A program made the position numbers and the translations under genes. The notes under the pieces are model-generated. The model saw nothing but the letters and a program-made list of their open reading frames with translations, was not told the origin of the DNA and did not search any database. Below are positions 9,911-19,833 of a stretch of 64,000 nucleotides of DNA, piece by piece. The DNA comes from an uncultured Chloroflexia bacterium (GTDB lineage: Bacteria; Chloroflexota; Anaerolineae; CG2-30-64-16), in contig CAWEMM010000006.1 in the NCBI GenBank assembly GCA_963810095.1, positions 1,088,001-1,152,000 on the forward strand, in the 5' to 3' direction. How positions within the stretch are numbered: the first letter of the stretch is position 1; every line of letters starts with the position of its first letter.

Positions 9911-9973
9911 CGCAAACCGGTCCGGTAAGGGCGAGGCACCCTCGGGTGCCTCGCCCTTACCGGACCGTTTGCG
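9911..9973. terminator. Long bidirectional hairpin between convergent rnj and the glycan locus
   Basis: Perfect 23-bp stem CGGTCCGGTAAGGGCGAGGCACC-ctcg-GGTGCCTCGCCCTTACCGGACCG extended by CGCAAA/TTTGCG. Confidence 0.8.
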
Positions 9974-9983
9974 TTAAGTGTTC

Positions 9984-12900
9984 TTAGCGCCGCTCGATTA
10001 GCGGCAGAAACAGTCGCTGCGGACTGATCGCGCGGACGCCGAAGGATATCTCGGCCGCTGCGCCATCCGCAGGCACCTCGACCGTCAATTTCCGGACCGT
10101 GGTGGGCTGCAGGTTTGGCAGCTCGACGAGAGCGACCGTGTAGTGACCGGGATTGAGCCCGCGGAACTGGAACACGCCGCCGTTCTCTGTGATGACCGCG
10201 TCCAGCGGGTCGGCCGGCGCCGCGCCCGCACCGCTGGACACCAAGGTCAGCGGCACCCCTGCAACCCCCGGCTCGCCGCTGTCGATCACCCCATTACCGT
10301 TCTTGTCCAGCCACACGCGCCCGCTCACCCGGCCGGTTGGGGTCGCGGTGGCCGTCGGCGTGCGCGTTGCGGTGGGTGTCTGCGTTGCAGTCGGCGTTTG
10401 CGTCGGTGTTCGCGTCGCCGTGGGCGTCCACGTCATCGTGGGGGTCGAGGTGGGCGTGTCCGTGGACGTCGCCGTGGGCGTCGACGTCGCTGTCGGTGTT
10501 GGCGTAGGCGTCGTGCTTGGCGTCAACGTTGGCGTTTGAGTCGGTGTGGACGTGGGCGTCCACGTCACCGTGGGCGTCGCAGTTGGCGTGGGCGTCCACG
10601 TCGCCGTTGACGTCGCGCTCGGCGTCCACGTCGGGGTACGGGTCGGAGTGGCCGTGGGGGTGGGGCTGGGCGTGGCCGTCCATGTTGCCGTCGGCGACGG
10701 CGTGGTCGTGCGCGTGGCCGTCGCGGTCGCCGTGGCAGTTCGTGTTGCCGTCGGCGACGGCGTCACGGTAGCAACGGACAGAGCCTGGCCCAGTACAAGT
10801 TTCCCGAAGTCGGCCGGCGAGCTGTTCGTGCTGGCGCCTTCCCAAACCAGGTGATTATCGTTGGCGCTGTCTCGTTTGCCGCCATCGTCATCGTCGTTCA
10901 GGCCCACCGTGAACCCAAGCTGCTTGCCTTCTGCGAATGAGCCGGCGCCGAGATACGAGAGCGGCACGGCGAGTTCGACGTCATACCCTCCTGTCCGCTG
11001 CTTGACCGCGACTTTGAACGTTGCCGCAACATCCGCCGGTAGCAGCGTGCCCAGGTCGGCGATCCGCCCGTCCGCGCTGACCGTGAACTGGTGGTCGTCT
11101 GGACCGTAGGCCACCTGGTCGTCGGCCCCGTCGATACCAAACTCCACGCCGTCGTCGTCCCAGATGGAGCTGCTGTCCGAATAGAGCTTGTCGTCGGTCA
11201 CTGCGGCCGACAGGTACAGGTAGCTCGCGTCCCAGAAGCTGCGCATTTCCGCCGAGATATCGCTTGGGCTCGGGTTGGCCTGGAAGGTGATCGTGTCCGC
11301 GGTTCCGGTTTTCAGGATGATCGACTCAGGCTGCGTCCATTCAGTCAGGCTGCCGTCGATGGCCGGAGGCGCACTTGCATAGCGGCTCAGAAGCGAGCGC
11401 ACGGCGAGCGTCGGGGTGGGCGATGGTGTCGCGGTTCGAGTGGCAGTCGCCGTCGAGGTCGCGGTCCCCGTCGGGGTCGCAGTCCTCGTGGGTGTGGCCG
11501 TAGCTGCGCTGGTGCGGGTGGCGGTGGGCGTGCTTGTGGCCGTGCCGGGCTTTGGCGTCGGCGTGTTGGTCGGCCGCGGCGTTGGCGTCAACGTCGCCGG
11601 GGGCTTTGTGGCCAGGTAGTACTGGATCTCGAGCCAGGGTCGCAGGCTGACCGTCGCGTATTCGCTCGTCCGCCAGTAATATTGGGAATTGCGGTCCGCC
11701 GTGCTCTTGAGCAGCATGCCAAGATTGGTCGAAGGCGTCTCGGCCCACAGCTGCACCAGGGGCGTGATGTTGAGCTCCGTCCAGCCCTCCATCCGCTTCA
11801 GACTGACGCTGCCCGAGGCCGCCGCTTCGCGATCGCTCGCACCCATCGCGCCCGGTTTCTCCCAGTTCACCGACGTCGTGGCCTTCTTCCAGGTCGTCGT
11901 ATTCTCGTCCCACGCGCGCAGAAGCCGGTGGGCCGTCAGGGTCATATCGATCGCATACGCGGGATTAGAGCCGTATTGGTAAAGGCCCAAGGTCGCAGTC
12001 ACCACACGAGCGCCGGCGGGCAGTGCGCCGAGGTCCCACTTCAGCACCGGGAACATCTGGTCCGGGTGCGCGCTATACATCTTCTCCGCCTGCCCCTGTG
12101 CCGTGTCGGGGTTCCACGAATCGAGGTACGCATCGACCAGCCCCGCATATCCCCCCACCCCCGGCTGCAAGCGCAGCGTCTCGGGCTTCCCCGGCGTCGC
12201 CACGACGTCCACCATGTGGATCGTTTCGTCCCCGTCGTTCAGGGACGAAATTCGGAAGTCGCTCCCAACCCGGCTGCCGCCGCCCGGCATCCCGCCGGCA
12301 AACTCGGCGTCGTTGAGCGTAAAGACCGCCTTCTGCCAGGCGCCCGTGTTCTTCTTGGTGATCGTTCCGGCAAGTTTGTCGTTTGCACTCGTCGCGTCGT
12401 AGCGGAGCTCCCACTTGTCCGTGCCTTTGTCCAGGTAGGTCACCGTGATCGTCGCGTTGTACAGGCCCCCGTATGCGTACTGGTCGTCGATGTCGAAGTA
12501 CATATTCGGATTGCCGCTGACCTGGTCCGTTCGGCGCGTGATAACGGCCCTCGGGGGTCGAATTGATCTTGAACAGGGGCACTGTCTTGCCGCCGGGCAC
12601 CGCGTCATTTTGAAACAGGTAGAACTCGTAGTTCCCGTAGTCGGGGTACCAGTCGAATTCGGTCTCACGCAGTGCAACCCAGGCGCTGGGAATGTCTGGC
12701 GCCTGCTTGCCCAGGTACTTAACTGCGAACTGTAGCAGGTCCTGCCTGTCGGATGCCGTAGTGACGCCCGTATCGAGCGCGAGAAAGTCGGAATGCTTGT
12801 CGAGCGAGTTGTAGATCGACCACATGGAGTTCGTCCGATTCTCCATGCAGTTTGTGCACACCGCGCCCTCGAATGCGACGGTCACCCGGTCGCCCCAGGT

Positions 12901-13740
12901 CGTCAGGGGATCGTATTGTCCCGACAGATAATCGACGGAGGCGGGATCGGTGATGTACATGTCGCTGCCGCCATCGGGCTTAAGTCCGTTGTGCTTCAGG
13001 CCCACACCCTTGCTCGCCGCATAGTCGCTGAACTTCTTGCGTTCCGAGCGGTTGAGGAACCGGGGGGCGAACTGCAGGACAAGCTCCTTGTCGGGGAATG
13101 CCTGGCGATAAGTGTCGGTCGACCAGTTCACCGTGGAAACCCACATGTCGGTGCCCAGGCCCGCACTCTGCAGGCACGAATCGTACTCGTCCTCCGCCGG
13201 GGCAGTCTCGCCGTAGATGCCAGAAGAAATCTCGATCCACGCAACGCGTGAGTCTTTGTTGTATCGGGCGCCGAATGCACTGATCAGCTTGCCAAAGGGC
13301 GTCTTGAACGACGAGTCCCAGTAGCGGGGAATTTCCACCGCTCCGCACTTCACGATAATGTTGGGAGTAGAGGTCTTGTAGAAGTCGGGAATTGTGAGTC
13401 CGCCGCAACACTGGCCGTCGTAAGCGTTAATTCGCAGCACTGCGCGCTTGCCCTGCGCCGCCATGTCGGCCACGAATTGATCGACGCCGCCCCAATTGTA
13501 CTTACCCTGGCTGGTCTCGATCGATTTCCACGTAAAGGTCATTTCCCCGCCAATGATCGGGTACTTTGTCGGATCGAGATGGCTCCAGTCATAGAAAACG
13601 TAGATGCCGGGAGGGCCCGCATCGGGCTTGTTGATAGTGTCAGGTCCCGACGCCGCGACAACACCCTGCGTCGCGGCGGTGAGGGGGAGGATAGTCAGGA
13701 CCAACACCAGCAGCGCGAGGTTCCTGGTGCGAGTTGCCAT
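9984..13740 (-). CDS. Secreted modular protein: GH-A-like barrel + beta-sandwich + DNRLRE/CBM96 + CBM9/DOMON-like + Thr/Pro linker + SdrD-B + LFLPLI tail (frameshift ~12543)
   Basis: Signal peptide after AAGGAG; WxxIExxxGxYNW, GIYGE, VAFE; [28 protein letters not shown]; [10 protein letters not shown]; [18 protein letters not shown]. Confidence 0.8.
10335..10770 (-). repeat. Coding Thr/Pro tandem repeat (TPTATATWTP-like)
   Basis: Degenerate GGCGTCCACGTC/GTGGGCGTC units in frame within the CDS. Confidence 0.85.
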
Positions 13741-13789
13741 TGTGCTCCTTTGATAGAACGAGGAAGCCCCGTTCGGTGGTGCGTGGGCC

Positions 13790-13831
13790 AAGAAATAAAC
13801 AGCGAGCCGTTGGACTGGGCCACCGGCTCGC
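13790..13831 (-). terminator. Intrinsic terminator-like hairpin with U-tract
   Basis: Minus strand GCGAGCCGGTGG-cccagt-CCAACGGCTCGC followed by TGTTTATTTCTT. Confidence 0.6.
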
Positions 13832-13870
13832 AAAGGGGATGTTGTGCTCGGGGGCCCTTACCTTTAGAGA

Positions 13871-13895
13871 AACGTGGGCCGCGTCACAAAGTTAC
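13871..13895 (-). promoter_or_regulatory. ECF-sigma-type promoter
   Basis: Minus strand GTAAC-N16-CGTT. Confidence 0.45.
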
Positions 13896-13924
13896 GGGGT
13901 GGACAACGAACCGCTGTTAGAGCG

Positions 13925-14662
13925 TCAGCCGGCGTGATCCTCGCTCAGGACGATGGGCACCGTAACCGCCAGGATCCTGAGGTCGAGCCAGAATGAGCTC
14001 CGGTTGATGTAGTCGATGTCGTACGACACGATCTCGTCGAACGTCAGGCCGCTGCGGCCATGGATCTGCGCCCAGCCCGTGAGCCCGGGCAGCACGGCGA
14101 GCCGCTGCTTGTGCCGTTCCGTATAGAGGTCGGTCTCGAAGTCCAGCGTCGGGCGGGGGCCCACCAGGCTCATGTCGCCCTTCAGGACGTTAATCAGCTG
14201 CGGCAGTTCGTCCAGGCTCGTGCGGCGCAGCCAGCGCCCGACGCGCGTAATCTTGTGCCCATTCGCTGCCGGCTTGTACATGACCCGCCCGTCGCCGTCG
14301 CAGCTCGCCGCCACCGACTGGCCGTTGATGTATGCCAGCGCAAACCGGCGGTGCTCCTCCGCATGTGCGGGGGAATGCGTCATCGAGCGGAATTTGTAGA
14401 AATCGAACGGCCGCGCACTGCGCCCGCTCCGGCGCTGGACGTGAAACACCGGGCCCGGCGAATCCAGCTTAACCGCAACTGCGATGGCTGCAAGCAAGGG
14501 CGACAAAAGCAGCAAGAAGAACGCCGAAACAATGATATCCAGGCAGCGCTTGGCCAGCGGATACAGCGCAAACGGCGCGGCCGGAGCAACAGGGGTTGCC
14601 GGCTCGTATCGGGTTGCGCCGTTGGGTTGCCACCAGGAGACCTGAGTGCGTTGATTGAGCAT
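13925..14662 (-). CDS. Priming polyprenyl-phosphate hexose-1-P transferase (WcaJ/EpsL-like)
   Basis: KRCLDI, DSPGPVF..Q.R.G, YKFRSM, LRRTSLDELPQLINVLKGDMSLVGPRP, PGLTGWAQI. Confidence 0.93.
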   Translation of the reverse strand: MLNQRTQVSWWQPNGATRYEPATPVAPAAPFALYPLAKRCLDIIVSAFFLLLLSPLLAAIAVAVKLDSPGPVFHVQRRSGRSARPFDFYKFRSMTHSPAHAEEHRRFALAYINGQSVAASCDGDGRVMYKPAANGHKITRVGRWLRRTSLDELPQLINVLKGDMSLVGPRPTLDFETDLYTERHKQRLAVLPGLTGWAQIHGRSGLTFDEIVSYDIDYINRSSFWLDLRILAVTVPIVLSEDHAG

Positions 14663-14830
14663 GGAGTGGTCGCCTTTCCATTGCCATTCGTCCTGGCAAG
14701 CCGCTGAGGGTTCGCCAGCCTGGCAAGGCTGTCCGCCTTCTAACTCAGTGTGACTCCATGCTATCATCGTCGGGTGAAAGAAGCCTGACAGATTAGCCCT
14801 CGGAAGATGAAAAAAAGTAAATAATACGGG

Positions 14831-16483
14831 CTATTCGGCGGCCGCACTCGGCGGCATCGTGTAGGAAATGACCAACTGCGGGCGCTGGTCCGCAGGTCCT
14901 TCGCGGCTGGTGAACCGGGCCTCCACGCTGGCGCCGCTGTCGCCGGCCAGCCCGCCAATGAGCATGCCATAGTTGCTCGTCGGGACGGCCGCCCAGCCCC
15001 GCACGAGGGAAGTCACGTCGAACTCATACCAGCGTGCGCCCTCGGCAATCAACTGCGGCTCGCCCAGCCAGGCCGAGCGATCGGCGCCCGGCGCCCCCGC
15101 GCCCGGGCTCGTCCACGGCTTGCCCGGGCTCGCCACTTCCCAGGTCGCGCCTGCTTCCGTCCACTCCGTCAGCAGCCCCGCCACCTGCGCCCGGATATCG
15201 TGCTGCGGGGTCGAGGGGACATACACCCGCAGCAGCGCCTTGTCCACCGATGCACTGCGCGGCAGCAGGTTCAGGTCGAAACGCAGGACGGGCTGCATCT
15301 GGCTCGCGATCTGCGCGTTGCGGGCATAGAACAGGCGCAGGTACTTGTCGCTCCCATGCGGGCTCGCCGGCTCCCAGCTGTTCAGCGTCGTATCCCTGGT
15401 CCCCTCATAGCCGTAAAGGCCGTCCTGCAGCACAAAAGTCACCGGGCGGGGGGTGGGCCCGGCGCTGGAGCGCAGGATCATGGGCACAAACGCCCGCTCC
15501 CTTGCCCCGGTGGGCGAGGGGGTGAACGTCGGTGCGAGAGTGCCGGTCGGCGTGTTCGTGGGCGTGGGCGAAGGCGTAAAGGTCGGCGTCCCGGTCGCCT
15601 GGATTTCGCCGGGGCAGTCCACCCGGAAGGTGTACGCGCCGCTTGCACCCCGATACCCGTCGACTGAGAGGAAATAGGGACCTGCATCTGCCGCGTAAGA
15701 CAGGTGGTTGTCCTCGCCTGCCACACACGAATCCGGCAGCGCATAGCGCAGGAGAAACAGGTCAAGGTCGGCAGTGGCATTGAGGAGCGTGACGCTGACA
15801 TTCTGCCGAACGCTCAGCTCGAGCCGGTACACTTTTTCGTTGCCACTTTCATTCCAAAATGGCCGGCAGCTGTAAGTACTCACGCTGTTCTTGCCGGTCT
15901 GCGTGTCGCCTGAGTAGACCCCACCGCAGGCAAGCTGCTCCGCACCGTCGATATCAAGTATGGGCGGCGATGTGGGCGAAGGGGTTGGCGTGGGAGGCAT
16001 GCGCGCGCCGAAGTTGAAAGACACCGTGCTCCCCGCCAGGACCACGACATTATAAGCGCTCTGAGTCGTAAGCTGGTAACCGGACGGGGGCGTAGCAGCT
16101 ACCACGTAGATCCCGGGGGCGATTCCATTGACCCGGTACTTGCCATCCGCACCGGTGGTGGCAGAGTAGCTTGCACCCGTATCGCTGTTGGTGGCCGCCA
16201 CGAGCAGCCCAGCCAGTGGTCCCTCGCCTGCATCCACCAGCCCATCGCCATCAGAATCGAGCCAGGATTGGCCGGCAACCGAACCCGTGCCGGGCAGCGG
16301 CGTCGGCGTGGGCGTGGCCGGGTCTTGCGCCAGGGGGCGGGCAGCGACCGGATCAGGGCGGAGGCCCAGGCTCAGGAGGAGCAGCGCGGACGCCAGCAAG
16401 GCGAGAGCCACCAAGAGCAGGCCGCGGCGGGGCCCCGCCGGGCCGCGAGAGCGATTAGAATCTGGACCTAGAGAAGCAGGCAT
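14831..16483 (-). CDS. Secreted SdrD-B + PPC-like + Thr/Pro linker + internal FVPMIL motif + DNRLRE/CBM96 protein
   Basis: Signal peptide; GQSWLDSDGDG.VDAGE; ADLDLFLL..YFLSVDGY; DTTLNSWEP..LRFDL..FDVTSLVRGW..RPQL. Confidence 0.8.
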   Translation of the reverse strand: MPASLGPDSNRSRGPAGPRRGLLLVALALLASALLLLSLGLRPDPVAARPLAQDPATPTPTPLPGTGSVAGQSWLDSDGDGLVDAGEGPLAGLLVAATNSDTGASYSATTGADGKYRVNGIAPGIYVVAATPPSGYQLTTQSAYNVVVLAGSTVSFNFGARMPPTPTPSPTSPPILDIDGAEQLACGGVYSGDTQTGKNSVSTYSCRPFWNESGNEKVYRLELSVRQNVSVTLLNATADLDLFLLRYALPDSCVAGEDNHLSYAADAGPYFLSVDGYRGASGAYTFRVDCPGEIQATGTPTFTPSPTPTNTPTGTLAPTFTPSPTGARERAFVPMILRSSAGPTPRPVTFVLQDGLYGYEGTRDTTLNSWEPASPHGSDKYLRLFYARNAQIASQMQPVLRFDLNLLPRSASVDKALLRVYVPSTPQHDIRAQVAGLLTEWTEAGATWEVASPGKPWTSPGAGAPGADRSAWLGEPQLIAEGARWYEFDVTSLVRGWAAVPTSNYGMLIGGLAGDSGASVEARFTSREGPADQRPQLVISYTMPPSAAAE

Positions 16484-16599
16484 GCGCCTTCTCCACCGGA
16501 AGAAAAAGCCGTTCGTTGTAACGGGGGCTTGCCCCACGAACCGGCGCACGCCAGGCGTGGCCGGTTTGAATCGGAATCGCGGCCGTCGTAAATGCAGGC

Positions 16600-16634
16600 T
16601 GCGCGCCCGCCAATCTATGGTTGGCGGGCGCGCA
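16600..16634. terminator. Strong hairpin downstream of the 16678 gene
   Basis: TGCGCGCCCGCCAA-tctatgg-TTGGCGGGCGCGCA. Confidence 0.65.
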
Positions 16635-16677
16635 TCTGGCCGTTTTCACACCCGGAAGGGCGGCTCGTCGTAACGAG

Positions 16678-19659
16678 CTACCGGGTGATCATGGGTAGAT
16701 AGGTCTTGTTGTTGCCCGGTGGCGCAGCCGTGACGGACGGGGTCACGGTTGGCGTCACGGTCGCCGTCTGGGTGTGCGCAAAGTTGGTGCCCAGCGACAT
16801 CGTCGTATTCGCTTGCACGATGAAGGTGATCTGGTACCCGCTCTTCGTGTAACCGGGCGGCGCAGTCTTCTCCTTGAGCGTGTACTGCCCAGGAGCAACT
16901 GCCGAGAACCGGTAGACGCCGTCCGCACCCGAGAAGGCGTTATACACCACCAGGTCCGTGTTGTAGTCCACCAGAACGATTTCCGCACCCGCGGCCCCGG
17001 GCTCGCCCACGTCCAGCTTGTTGTTACCGTTAAGGTCGTTGAAGGCCTTGCCCTCGACGATGCCGGTCGACGGCGTAGGCGACGGGGTGCTGGAGGGGGT
17101 CGGCGTGACCGTGGGCGTCGGCGTTTCGGTCCCAGGGTCGACGCCTTGATCCAGCCGCTCGACCTCCACCATGTGGACCCACTCGTTGCCGTCGTTTGCG
17201 CTGGTGGCCGGATCGCGGCTGTCCAGGAAGAAGTCGGTGCTGCCGGCCAGCCGGTTCGCAAACTTCGCGTCTTCGACCACGAAGGTGACCGTCTTCAGCA
17301 GCTTCGAACCGGTCTTCGTGACCGTGCCGGCTGTCTTTTCGCCTGAGACCGCATCGTACTTGACCGAGAACTTGTCGGTGCCAAAGTCAAAGTACTTGAC
17401 GGTGATGGCGGCCTTGAAGAACTTGGCGGCGTCGCCCTTCATGTAATCGTCGTCAATCTTGAAGAACATGAACGGGTTGGTGGTTGCCTGGTCGGTGCGG
17501 CGCACCACAAAGCCTTCCTTACCGTCGCCGGTCCAGTCCCTGATGTTGTACATCGTGCTGTCCTGGCCGACGATGGGCGGCAAGTCCTTGTTGTACGGCT
17601 CGGGATAGCAGGGGTAGGTGTCGCCGTACATGTCGGTGCGGAAGTAAGTGTTGCCTGCCGGGCAGTTGCCGAGGCCCGCCTCGGTCGCCTTCACGCCCGC
17701 ATTCGCCGGATCGGTGGCATAGCGCCGGTCGGCGCCCTTGTTGTTCGTCTCAGGGATCGTGCGACCGCCAGGTACGCTGTCCACCTGGCTCAGGAAGAAG
17801 TTGAAGTTGCCGAGCTGGGGCCACAAATCCTTGGTCCCGGCCCCCGAGTACATGTAGCCGCTGCCGCGGCAGTTCCGCAGCGTCGGGTTCATGTGCTCGC
17901 GCATCACCGTCCAAACCTTCGGCGTGGTCTGCACCGACTTGCCGACGTAATCGCGCGCCCACTGGAGCAAGGGCGCGGTGGCCGGCTTGAGCGTGCCGCC
18001 CCAGTCTGCGATCAGGGTGGGATCGGTCCGCAGGTAGTCCACGTGCTTCTCGAGCCCGCCGTAGAGCGCCCAGTAGAGCATCAGCGGGTTGCAGAGGTCC
18101 ATGCTGTAGGCCTCGAACGCGATGGGCACCGTGGTCCAGTAGCGGCGGATGGGATCGTAGAAGCCTGAAAGGTTGCCCTTGTACGCGGCGGGGGCCCAAT
18201 CGACGGGCAGGAAGTTGGCCGACAGGCCAACCATCATGCTTTGGGCGTAATCCGTGCTGGTCGTGCGCTCGGTCTCGCTCTTGTACGTGGGCGCATACTG
18301 CAGCAGGATGTTGCGGGCAGGCTTACCGCTGCCATCGCCGAAGGCCGTGGCGTGATCGAGCGTGATCTGCTTGACGTAGTCCATCCAGTCGGTGCCGGTC
18401 AAGCCGCCATACTTCTCCACCACATGGTCGAAGTGGTTGTTGGGGTAGAAGTCGCTCTGGGTCGGCTGGTTCTCGCCATACACGCCGGTGCCCATCGCAA
18501 CAAATTGGAAGTCAGGGTTATTCTTGTACTTCGCGCCCAGGGCCATGATGAACTTCTTGTAGGCCTTGTAGAACGTGCGCTGCGCGTCGGTGTCGGGCCA
18601 GTAGTTCGGGATCAGGTGGCGCGCGTTGAGGCTGACGTTGTCCACGTAGAAGGTCGTCGGCTCTGCGCCGTCGTTGGCCACCCGGAACTGCACGATCACC
18701 GATTTCTCGGGGGCGACCGTGCTCACGTCGAACTCGTAGTCCGCCCACGTGCCGCTCGTCTGGCTAAGGTTCGTAATGTCGATGGGCGTCACGCCGAGCA
18801 GCTTCGAGTGGGCGCTGTCCCACAGCTCGATATAGAGGTGGTCGTTCGGGTTCGGGTCGGTCGTGACCATGCCAATGCGAGCGGTCACGTAGACCGTCTT
18901 GGCCGGGGAGATGCCTGCGGGCATCGCCGGGATGCGCTCGGCGCTGTGATAGATATAGCCGGCCGAGTTGTTGTTACCGCCAAGCTGCGCCGCATAGCCG
19001 CCCGCCGAGGTGTCGGCCGGCGCAGGCGGGAACCCTACCAGGCTGGCATCGCCCGAGAGCGTCCACTGCCCGTTGTAGGTCGGGGAATCGAAGTTGCCGT
19101 TCGCGGCCGCGCGCTTCCAGTAGTTGTTGTAGTGCGGCTGGTTGGCATCGTTCGTATCGCTGGCCGAGGTCTTGTAGGTCGCCGGCAGAACCGCATTCGC
19201 CTGCTTGATCACGAAGTCGGGCGTCGACTTGATGTCGCCGTTGTCCGAGCCATCATAGGTGGAGATCATGATGCCGGTGCCAAGGCCCCTGGTCTTGCGG
19301 TCGGCGATCCAGTTGTCGATCGCCGCCCAGTTGTAGACGCCGTCGGCCGGGTTGAGCAAGCTCCAGCTGATGAAGCGGATTGCGCCGCTGACCGGATAGG
19401 TGCTGGACGGCCACTTCGTATCGCCGTAGTCGATGTAATAGATGCCGGGCTTTGCGCCGTCAGGTTGGACCACCTTGACGGGTTGCGGTGCGATGTCGGG
19501 CGACACGGCGCCGTTGGCCTGAGGAGTGGCAGCCTCGCGCACCCCTTGCGCGTTCACACCCGCGGCGACAGTAGAGAAAACCATCGCCAGCAGTAGAAGA
19601 ACGGCAAGCCAACGGCTAAGGCTCGGTCGACTGCGAGAAGGGAGAGAAGGTCTAAACAC
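16678..19659 (-). CDS. Secreted GH-A-like protein with an inserted CBM-like domain, Thr/Pro linker, SdrD-B and TYLPMITR tail
   Basis: GTG start after AGGAG (TACAAT upstream); WSLLNPADGVYNW, GVYGE, IAFE, RRTDQ..NP; paralogous to the 9984-13740 protein. Confidence 0.82.
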   Translation of the reverse strand: MFRPSLPSRSRPSLSRWLAVLLLLAMVFSTVAAGVNAQGVREAATPQANGAVSPDIAPQPVKVVQPDGAKPGIYYIDYGDTKWPSSTYPVSGAIRFISWSLLNPADGVYNWAAIDNWIADRKTRGLGTGIMISTYDGSDNGDIKSTPDFVIKQANAVLPATYKTSASDTNDANQPHYNNYWKRAAANGNFDSPTYNGQWTLSGDASLVGFPPAPADTSAGGYAAQLGGNNNSAGYIYHSAERIPAMPAGISPAKTVYVTARIGMVTTDPNPNDHLYIELWDSAHSKLLGVTPIDITNLSQTSGTWADYEFDVSTVAPEKSVIVQFRVANDGAEPTTFYVDNVSLNARHLIPNYWPDTDAQRTFYKAYKKFIMALGAKYKNNPDFQFVAMGTGVYGENQPTQSDFYPNNHFDHVVEKYGGLTGTDWMDYVKQITLDHATAFGDGSGKPARNILLQYAPTYKSETERTTSTDYAQSMMVGLSANFLPVDWAPAAYKGNLSGFYDPIRRYWTTVPIAFEAYSMDLCNPLMLYWALYGGLEKHVDYLRTDPTLIADWGGTLKPATAPLLQWARDYVGKSVQTTPKVWTVMREHMNPTLRNCRGSGYMYSGAGTKDLWPQLGNFNFFLSQVDSVPGGRTIPETNNKGADRRYATDPANAGVKATEAGLGNCPAGNTYFRTDMYGDTYPCYPEPYNKDLPPIVGQDSTMYNIRDWTGDGKEGFVVRRTDQATTNPFMFFKIDDDYMKGDAAKFFKAAITVKYFDFGTDKFSVKYDAVSGEKTAGTVTKTGSKLLKTVTFVVEDAKFANRLAGSTDFFLDSRDPATSANDGNEWVHMVEVERLDQGVDPGTETPTPTVTPTPSSTPSPTPSTGIVEGKAFNDLNGNNKLDVGEPGAAGAEIVLVDYNTDLVVYNAFSGADGVYRFSAVAPGQYTLKEKTAPPGYTKSGYQITFIVQANTTMSLGTNFAHTQTATVTPTVTPSVTAAPPGNNKTYLPMITR

Positions 19660-19833
19660 TTCGACAGCTCCTGTTCTACATAGGTAAAGATGTCGGGCGC
19701 CGGCGCACAGATAGCGGGCGTGGTGCGCGGGGCGACCGTTAGGTAGGTTCACCCAGGGGCACTCCATTGTACCCAGGGCTTGCTGAAAATTGGATGAAAA
19801 CCGCGTGAGAGATTGTGACTATTTTGACAGAAC

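Noticed and set aside
10335-10770. Repeat arrays (also ~11410-11590, 42550-43040, 44020-44560, 45910-46080) resembling CRISPR or VNTR
   Set aside because: Degenerate codon-periodic units encoding Thr/Pro linkers; no constant repeat with unique spacers and no cas genes
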